From NCBI GenBank assembly GCA_951406725.2, contig OX597824.1, positions 37,572,001 through 37,636,000 on the forward strand: 64,000 bases of DNA. Reading direction: 5' to 3'. The translations under genes and the position numbers were made by a program. This document shows, piece by piece, positions 55,180-64,000 of this stretch. This DNA is from Octopus vulgaris (Eukaryota). A model generated the notes under the pieces. That model saw nothing but the letters and a program-made list of their open reading frames with translations. It was not told where the DNA came from and made no database searches. Position 1 is the first letter of the stretch, and each line of letters opens with the position of its first letter.

Positions 55180-55448
55180 TCGGTTATTCATTCTTTATTC
55201 TCATGAATGAAGATAATTTTTGTACGATTTATTTTCTGTAGGAAACTTGAAACATGAATTTCACAACGACAAACACAAAATGAAATGGTTAATCTAGATT
55301 GCATTTATTGAAGATTGCTATGAAAAAAAAAAGTCAAACCATGTCATTATTTGTTTGTCGTTCAAATTTCTGTTTTAAGTTTCCTACAGAAAATAAATCG
55401 TTAGAAAAAAATTATCTTCATTCATAGGAATAAAAAGCGAATAACGGA
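55180..55448. mobile_element. Palindromic foldback MITE-like element
   Basis: ~110-bp imperfect inverted arms, e.g. cgatttattttctgtaggaaactt / aagtttcctacagaaaataaatcg. Confidence 0.72.
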
Positions 55449-55970
55449 CACAGATATATTGAACAAAACGTTATTAGCTTCAGTATGAAACAGGTTGATC
55501 ACATGTAAAAGTGGGTGCAGCCATATAGGACAAGCAAACAGATTGTATACAACAAACAGATTGTATACAACATGGAATCATTGTTCTTGCTGGGGCTAAA
55601 ACCCTAAAAAGGCAGGACAATTACTATGCATTATATATACATTTATACATAAAGGTGTGTGTGTGTGTGTGTGTCTATGCCTGTGTCAGTATGTATGTGT
55701 GTGTGTACACATGCATACACACATATACATATACACAAACATATAAACATTTGCGCATGCATATACATGTACATACACACCTGTGCACATAGACATGCAC
55801 ATTTATGCATGCGTATAAATGCATATACACACGCACGCCTACGTCTGTGTTTTTATATCTATAAGCATACACTTATATGTAAATATATATAAACTTATAT
55901 ATATAAACATATATAAACTTATATACAAACATATATATGTATACACACATACACTCACATATGGATATAG

Positions 55971-56038
<68 letters not shown>

Positions 56039-56121
56039 TGGGCTGAGGCTCAGTGCGGCTTTTTCAGACGTGCTTTTATTGATGAACAAATCAATTACAT
56101 CATGTAAAAAAAAAGAAACCC

Positions 56122-56160
<39 letters not shown>

Positions 56161-56342
56161 ATGCATGTGTGTGTGTGTGCATGTATGTGTGTGTTCGTGT
56201 ATCGCTTCTGATACACATGTTAATCCCACACAACATCAAAACTGCAACCCAACTTTACAGTTAACCCTCACACCGGGAAGGCATTCTGCTTTTGTATGTA
56301 TGTGTGTGTATGTTTGTGTGTATGCATGTATGTATGTATGTA

Positions 56343-56405
<63 letters not shown>

Positions 56406-56722
56406 ATGAAGCACAACTCTTGAGTTTTGCTCTGAATTGTTTTCCCACGGGACTTTTCGTTCTGGTTTTTTCACAACACCAACAGACCGGAATTGACACT
56501 TGCTGATTTCTAGTGGCATATTTATACTTGAAGTATTGTATATTTTTATAGTTCCGCTTACAGAGAGTGTTTTTGTAATGCGCAAGTAAGTTGGATGGTT
56601 CCTTTTACTGAAAATCCAAGCTCACTCAGATTGTCATTTAGGCCTCTACTCACAAAGCCAAGTGCATCGATTATTATTGGTATAAATGTGAATTTATAAT
56701 CTAGGTATAGAAGCTGGACGTT

Positions 56723-56865
56723 TCAAAGCAGTTCTCTGTAGATTTCCTCTTTCTCTTTGATTTTCAAAGAGATAATCACATTAGTAGGACAACTGACCTC
56801 TATGACAGTACATACATTTTCTAGTCTGTCCCAAGTAACAATATCTGGCCTGTTATACCTCACGC
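56723..56865 (-). mobile_element. Restriction-like endonuclease domain fragment of an R4/Dong/NeSL-type non-LTR retrotransposon
   Basis: YNRPDIVTWDRLENVCTVIEVSCP..KIKEKEEIYREL matches the PD..(D/E)..K..KY RLE motif. Confidence 0.75.
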
Positions 56866-57202
56866 TTGACAAATATTTTGATGGGACTGTTCCACCAGTA
56901 CTCCTTGTGTTAATGTTTGTGTACGTATTCAATAACAGCCACGAGTCCAAGAGAGGCTTCGCTTCATGTCAATATCACTGTCTTCTACTCTCTCTATTAT
57001 AGGCATATAGCCTGAAAACATAGAATGGACATTACAAGTACATACAACACAAAATTTAGGGTACATATAATGAATGATGAATATGAAATGAGTTATTTGT
57101 AATGGAGAAATGGAATGTCTTATGAGCCCCCCCCCCCCAAAGCTCGCAGTTTCATTTTACAGTTCTTTTAACAGATGGATAAATATCACTGTCTTCTTTC
57201 AG

Positions 57203-57405
57203 GGTCGTTAGCATACCGGGCAAATTGTTCAGTGGCATTATGTCCGACTTTACGCTCTGAGTTCAAAATTCACCGAGGTTGACTTTGCCTTTCATCCTTT
57301 CGGGGTAGATAAAATAAGTACCAGTTGAATGTTGAGGTCGATGTAATCGATTTATCCCCCTCCTCTCAAATTGCTGGCCTTGTGTCAAAATATGAAATCA
57401 GTATT
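57203..57405 (+). mobile_element. SINE family B
   Basis: Core and tail recognisable. Confidence 0.82.
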
Positions 57406-57916
57406 ATTGTCTTCTTCAAGTCCTCGGGAAATGTACCCATACATGGTCTCTCTTTGGTATGCTAAGCTTTTCACATACAGGTATTTTTAGGTATGGTAGT
57501 CCGGCTCTTGTGGAGTTGTATGGGAGGAAATCAGAAAGAGAGTGTTTCCTAAGGAGCTCGCATCCGACACATAGGATATTGTTCTCTTCCTTTTTCAGCA
57601 CTAAGTTAATGCATATTTACTTTTGCTGTTGTTGGTTTAGCAAGTGCTGTCTGAGAGAGATTATACGACATTCGAACGTTGTTTGCACTGATCTCAAGCC
57701 TCAACCGCCTTTATTTCTTTTTAGCTAGAACCTGTCGATATCTCTATTTCTTTGGAAAATTTCCAATTGATGTCAGTATCTTGTATGTTTTAACGTCTAT
57801 GGAGTGGATTTCTTCTACAGACCAGTCAAGTATCCCAAATGTTGGAATCAGCAGCGGTACTGCAAATGCATTGTGGGATATTGTCTTGTCGTGCGAGGAG
57901 AGTTCAGACTACCACT

Positions 57917-58137
57917 ATGTATGTATGTATGTATGTATGTATGTATGTATGTATGTATGTATGTATGTATGTATGTATGTATGTATGTATGTATGTATGT
58001 GTGCGTGTGTGTATGTATGTCTGTCTGTATGTATGCATGCATGTATGTATGTATGTTTGTGTGTATGTGTATATGTATGTGTGCATGTGTGTGTATGTAT
58101 GTATGTATGCATGTATGTATGTATGTATGTATGTATG

Positions 58138-58171
<34 letters not shown>

Positions 58172-58480
58172 TGTATGTATGTATGTCTGTATATCTGTCT
58201 GTATGTATGTATGTATGTGTATATGTATGTGTGCGCGTGTGTATGTATGTATGCATGCATGTATGTATGTATGCATGTATGTATGTTTGTTTGTGTGTAT
58301 GTGTATATGTATGTGTGCGTGTGTGTATGTATGTATGTTTGTGTGTATGTGTATATGTATGTGTTCGTGTATGTATGTATGTATGTACGCATGTATGTAT
58401 GTATGTATGTATGTATGTATGTATGTATGTATGTATGTATGTATGTATGTATGTATGTACGCATGTATGTATGCATGCAT
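57917..58480. repeat. Long degenerate (TATG)n microsatellite
   Basis: Directly visible; it is the source of several spurious 200-290 aa ORFs. Confidence 0.95.
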
Positions 58481-58751
58481 GGCTGTGTGATTTAGCAGTC
58501 TGTAGTTCAAGTGGAACTATACCGTTGGTCTCTTACATTCAGACAACACAATGATAGTAGATCTACTTGGCAACATCACTGGCTAATGTGAAGCTGGCGT
58601 AGAGGAAGACTCGTAAGTGAGAACCGAAGTCAACATTTAAAGAACGAAGGAGAAAAAAAATCGAATCTCAATCGTTAGGTGAAAGACAGGCTGTCAATTC
58701 GTCTCAGTATGAAACCAGTTGACAAGATCCAAATCTTTGTCTGTCTGTCAG

Positions 58752-58799
<48 letters not shown>

Positions 58800-59487
58800 C
58801 TCTCCCCATCCTCTCTCTGTGTGAGTGTTATCTCAAGCATTTCAGTCTATATAGATGAACTTATTTGCATCTGTATTCACACATTCATATACGCGCACAT
58901 GCACGCACATGCACACATATTCATGAACACTCACACAATATAGGTATATACACACGCTCATATACATACGGTTTTTCATATTCGATAAGAATATATTTGT
59001 TCATACCGTCACGCACACAACGCTCTTTTATCTTATATAGGATATTCATATACAAGTGCTTGATCATGAAGATGTACAGGACTATAAACAGACAAACGCC
59101 CTCGCTACAGTAATACATTGAGACAGTAAGGTGCACGAACACACATATACTGTGATCAGTGAATGAAATGAATGAAGCAAAATATGTTGGTTGTAGAGAT
59201 AGGCTGCCTCCTACGATCACATGTTTAGGAAGAGACTTCTGCATGACGAACTTAGATTGTTCGGTCAGCAATCAAGCCGTGGTAATCTCGCCTTCTTTGT
59301 TCGTAGAGATTAATGATTAGTTTATCCCATACATTCATTCATACATACATGCATGCAAGCATGTACGAATACATACGATAGGCTCTGCAGACGATGTGAT
59401 GAAGGATGTGGAGGCTTGAGGTCAGTGCAGACAGCCTTCGAATATCCTATCGTCTCTTTCAGGTAACACCTGCGAATCAACAGTAGC

Positions 59488-60095
59488 AAAAGCTATGGTG
59501 CGGCCTCACCTAGAATTTGCATCACCGGTCTGGAATCCCTATCTTGCCCAGGATATTAATCGTCTGGAAACCGTTCAGCGAGGTGCAACCAAGAGAATAC
59601 CCTCCATCAGGCATTTGCCATATTCTGAACGTGTTACTACCCTGAGCATGGATACATTGAAACTCCGACATCTGGCAGCTGACTTGGTAGACACCCATAA
59701 AATTATTAACCATCTTACTAACAATAACTCTGAGCACCTTTTCAAACTCCATCTGTCTAACACCCGTGGACATGTTTACAAAGTCAGAAAAAAGCACAGC
59801 TCCCATGACTTTCGGAAACATTTTTTCACGCTAAGAGTTGCTGAAGTATGGAACAAACTGCCGGCATCAGTTGTTAGTTGTCGGAGCACTGCATCCTTCA
59901 AAACTTCCATGCTTCCTGAGATTCGCTAACACTACACCTGATGTTCTCCCCTCCATACACACGCAAGCATGTACCTGACTCATACACTGTTCATTTTCCA
60001 AGCATTTGTACATTACAGCATATGCTTTATACGCACTTTTGACAAGTTGTGGTGCACCTCAGCAATGTATACAATAATTTCATTATTATTATTAT
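59488..60095 (+). mobile_element. 5'-truncated CR1-clade LINE (ORF2 C-terminus, 3' UTR, (ATT)n tail)
   Basis: ORF 59495-59929 VRPHLEFASPVWNPY..LETVQRGATK..YSERV..TRGH..RKHFFTLRVAEVWNKLP; tail cattattattatta. Confidence 0.9.
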
Positions 60096-60292
60096 AAAAT
60101 TGAATATATAAATCTAGCGAAGCGGACAGCATCCTACGTCTCGGCTGTAAGCATCTCAGGAAGTACTCTGTTTCTGACGGTTTCCCATGCAACCTCAAGA
60201 CAGTTGGGCTAATATATCTGAAACGCTTAGCATACCAATGGCTACGCATGGGTATGTTGCCCATAAACCTGAAGATGACAGTAATGTCTACT

Positions 60293-60492
60293 ATAGGCAC
60301 AAGGCTTGAAATTTGAGGAGGGAGCAAGTCGATTACATCGACCCCAGTGCGTAACTGGTAGTTATTTCATCGACTCCGAAATGATGAACGGCAAAGTCGA
60401 CCTTGGTGGAATTTGAACCCAGAACGTAAGCACGGACGAAATGCCACTAAGCACCTTACCCAGCGTGCTAACGATTCTGCCAGCTCGTCGTC
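60293..60492 (-). mobile_element. SINE family B
   Basis: Head and core recognisable. Confidence 0.85.
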
Positions 60493-63400
60493 TTAAAGAT
60501 GACAGTATCGACATGAAATACAGCCTTTCTTGGATTTATGATCGATACGTCACATCAAACTTCGAAGGCTTTGCATTTTCAATCCCCAAACAGGAGATTG
60601 CTACAAAATATTTAATAAACAAAAGAGACAGCGAAGTCATTGATGCATGATTACCAGTTGCCCAAAAATGCCATCAAAGTTCTACCTACGATGCAACATA
60701 ACGTTGTCGTTAAAAAGACAATATGCAGTGCTACCAGAATAAAAGATACACGGAATATTGGTAGAACATTCCTATCAAAATCTCTGCAAAGTGAAACATA
60801 GCATCCTCTACTGATGAGGATCTCTTCAAAAATCGAAGGGGAAGATAAAGTACGGACAACTGCTTAGAAATCTTCACCTTCTATATCCAGATTATAAATT
60901 CACATTTACACCACTAATTATTAATGCATTTGGTTAAGTCCCCGTTAAGGAATATATGAGAAATAAACCATGTTAAACTCTCAGTACCCAGACATCTATC
61001 TAAACTGCACAAGAGCGATTTTTAGTCCGTGTCCACATGAAAGACAGTATATATTATCATACTTAAGGGCTCCATAATGACTATAGTCACTAATTGTCCA
61101 CCTTCGGTTCTTTCAACATCATATCTAGCAAAGAGTTTTACCCAAACATGCACAAACGAACATACAAATATATATATGCCATATCAGGGTCTTAAGCGTT
61201 CGTCCACCCACCCAACACCCCAATATCCACTCAAAATACTGACACAAATAATACCCCTGCACTCATTCCAACTCTACCCGAATACCAATTCCTAAACCCT
61301 ACACATAATTCCAGAAAACTGGTGTAGAGACCGTTTGATGCCAGGAGGCATAACTCTTGATACAAATTTTGCTCACTTCGTTTCGTCGTTTTTCACAGCA
61401 TCCATGAACCGGATGTTTTTTTTTTCACCTCCAATAACAGAGCAATCGCCGTACTTTTTCCCATACCTGCTACCTCTGACGAGCATATGGTGTTACATAA
61501 CCAAGTTGTTATCTAACATCCGGTTTAAACCTAATGCGAAACCGATTGGTAAGATCGGCCGTAATGGATATATAACACTGTGCACTTTGATATTTTGAAC
61601 AAACCGTAAATGAACAAGATGGAACTTAGCCTGTAGGAGAATAGAAATTTATGTGGTTTGTTTTGAGGAAGATATAGGAACTGGAATTCAAGAGTACTAG
61701 TGACCCATAGTCAAATTATTTATATCATTTTGTGTTTATTTATTTCAGTCAATTTCTTTTAGTCTTGAATGGATGATGTAGAGAGACTTCAATAATGTTC
61801 TAGAATCCGTATGATAATGAAATCCAATTTTATCTGCTTAACTACTTATGGTACCTCATTATTGCTTGTAGAACTGAAGTAGTGGCATTAAAACTTTAGC
61901 CAGGGACAGAAAGCCAGCAATGAATAGCAAATATTTCGACCAATAAATACCCCAATACTCAACAAAAGCTGATAATCTCGACTGGCAGGACATTTATAAA
62001 GGAATTCTGTCATTAGAGACTCACGGGATTGGTGAGAATTTATATTTCCTGTCCGAAAATCGATGCTAATTGTATCGGATGGATCACTTTTTTTTTCACA
62101 AAGATCTTAAAAAGCAACTCAGGCTTGTATCGAGCTGCAGATGTTGCTACACAAGTGAATACTAAAATGCAGTTTCATAGAATATTTACAATACTTATTC
62201 TAAACAAAATAAACTTACAAGGAATATTCACATTTTAGAAATAAACTAAAAAATAAATTCGATATGAACCGTCTAGAACAGTTCTTTTCAATATGTGCGC
62301 AACAAGTTTATGTAAATAACGCTGTCATAATAACAATATAGTTGACCAAATCTCCACGAGATATTGCTATTACCAATAGCTTCTGGTGCTATAGGCATGT
62401 TTTGTAAACCATCTCAGCAATGTCAGAATAAAACTTTTTAGTAAACTGAAGTTCATTTTGAACTTGTTTTTTCTTGGGATATTCACTCTTCATTTTACGA
62501 AAATTGCAATCGCTGGTTTTGAACTTGCAGTACAATCTCTGAAAGTCGATTTGTTACCAACTGTTCCAGAGAATTCACTCACTTTTTAGCATAGGCTGTT
62601 TGTTTTGCGGGGCATAAAGCTACATTCGAAGGAATAAATCACTTTTAACTGAGACTCCAAGCAAACTATTTCTCCAGAAAATTTCAAAATTAGTTTTGAA
62701 AGCACCAAGATTCGACTGCTACATTATTGCCCGGTTCTACTCGAAGGCAATAAACCATAGAATCTGTTGACGGATACTCAAGATCTCTTCACAAAATAAA
62801 CTTAGACGGCAGCTTCAAAAGCATTACCACTCACATACACAAAGACGAGGAGTATATTTGTGCTTAATACAAATATGGGATCTTTTCTTTACGTATACAA
62901 ATCGAACAATTAGAAAAGAAAAATCTACCTTTGGCTTCAACCATAAAACAGACACGTGTTTTAGAAATAACTCTGAAAATTGTTCAGGCTTATGATTCTG
63001 CTCTTCAAGTAGGAAATCGTGCAGGAATTGGTTACTGAAGAATATTTGTATTCTGAAGGAAAATTGGACCTCTAACTGCTTTCCTATTGTGCAGCTGCGT
63101 CTCGTTGGCGTTAGATGTCTTATTTCTGCTGAAATTTTCCGCGACATAATCGTACCGAATATCTTATTTGCAATACTATTAATTTCAAGTCTAAGAAAAA
63201 GAAGTGCTTTTTAATTGACTAAAGATCCTCTTATCTTCTAGCGAGCGGTTCTATTCTTCCTGTTCGTATACTGTCTACGTTAAAATACTGTAGTATTGAC
63301 TTAGCCATTCACAGAAACTTTCTAAAAGGACTCCGAAAAGAGTAGTAGGAACTGAACATTTTATCAGTGTACCAATTATGTGTAACTAAGGCTACCATCT

Positions 63401-63619
63401 AAAAGGTTACAAAAATAGGATGCTGATCGATTCAGTTCAATTGACTTTTCCAATAAAAAAGATTGGAAACTAGAATTAAAAATAAAAGACTGCCTATACA
63501 CTTTAATATTCTTCCTCATATTACCTGCCTTTTGTGTGGATATTGTTCTTGGTACTCCTTTTCTGAGAACATATTTCTCTGTTAGAAATCGGTGTCTTTG
63601 ATAAGACTTGGAAGCGTAC

Positions 63620-63930
63620 TCTCTGAACTCTTTTCTAATCTCTTGCCAAGGATTCAGTCTGCAACAACGAAATTCCTTCAATTTAAATCGTCCAATATCG
63701 AGTTCATTCGATCGGAAGTCAAAAGAATACTAAAAGAAGACATTATCGAACAAGAGACTAATGTTATATACTTGTTAAAGGTAACGGGAAAAGAAGGTTA
63801 GTAGTTGACTGCTCTGAAACTTAATAAATTCACCTACTTAGACGCCTGCTTGCTTCCTAACTTAAACGACTCGGCTATTAAAATATCTTCTTACAAGATA
63901 TTTAGTACTATCGTACTATCGATTCACAAC
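63620..63930 (+). mobile_element. Decayed Gypsy reverse transcriptase N-terminal remnant
   Basis: LFSNL..EFIRSEVKRILKEDIIE, then in a shifted frame RLVVDCSETLNKFTYLDACLLPNLNDSAIKISSYKIFSTI, matching the Gypsy RT start. Confidence 0.75.
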
Positions 63931-64000
63931 CAGTGATAAAATATTTAACACTTTCGAGAAGGACAGTCGATTCTTTCGGCTGTAATGTTTTAGTGAAGGT

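Noticed and set aside
57679-58554. Long ORFs (190-291 aa) of MYVC/HTYI repeats, and the many similar CV/HT/YI/LS/poly-I ORFs across the window
   Set aside because: They are translations of stop-free microsatellites with no coding evidence.
60811-60840. CTGATGA-ggat...atc-GAAG
   Set aside because: GAAG instead of GAAA and no stem III or stem I; compatible with chance.
61300-63280. Microsatellite-free stretch with short ORFs
   Set aside because: No recognisable protein motif or splice structure. It may be old TE sequence, but this cannot be supported.

Overview
AT-rich, microsatellite-dense animal genomic DNA. The SINE families and repeat landscape strongly suggest an octopus or other coleoid cephalopod (inference). 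There is one host gene segment: the terminal coding exon (33579-32678, minus strand) of a THIK-type two-pore-domain K+ channel (KCNK12/13-like). Its first exon is not visible, so the right ~30 kb is probably intron. The rest is a transposon graveyard: three tRNA-derived SINE families (>20 copies), two decayed mariners plus mariner MITEs, three non-autonomous Helitrons, Merlin-like, piggyBac-like and foldback MITEs, two 113-114 bp solo LTRs with 5-bp TSDs, and Gypsy, RTE, CR1 and RLE-type LINE remnants. The most notable unannotated signal is a set of at least 8 minimal type I hammerhead ribozyme motifs, some nearly intact and some degenerate. They belong to several unrelated short repeats, mostly next to (TA)n, often with the inverted-duplication architecture of Penelope-like elements. 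One has a Helitron inserted into its stem I. Almost all ORFs in the supplied track are microsatellite or SINE artefacts.
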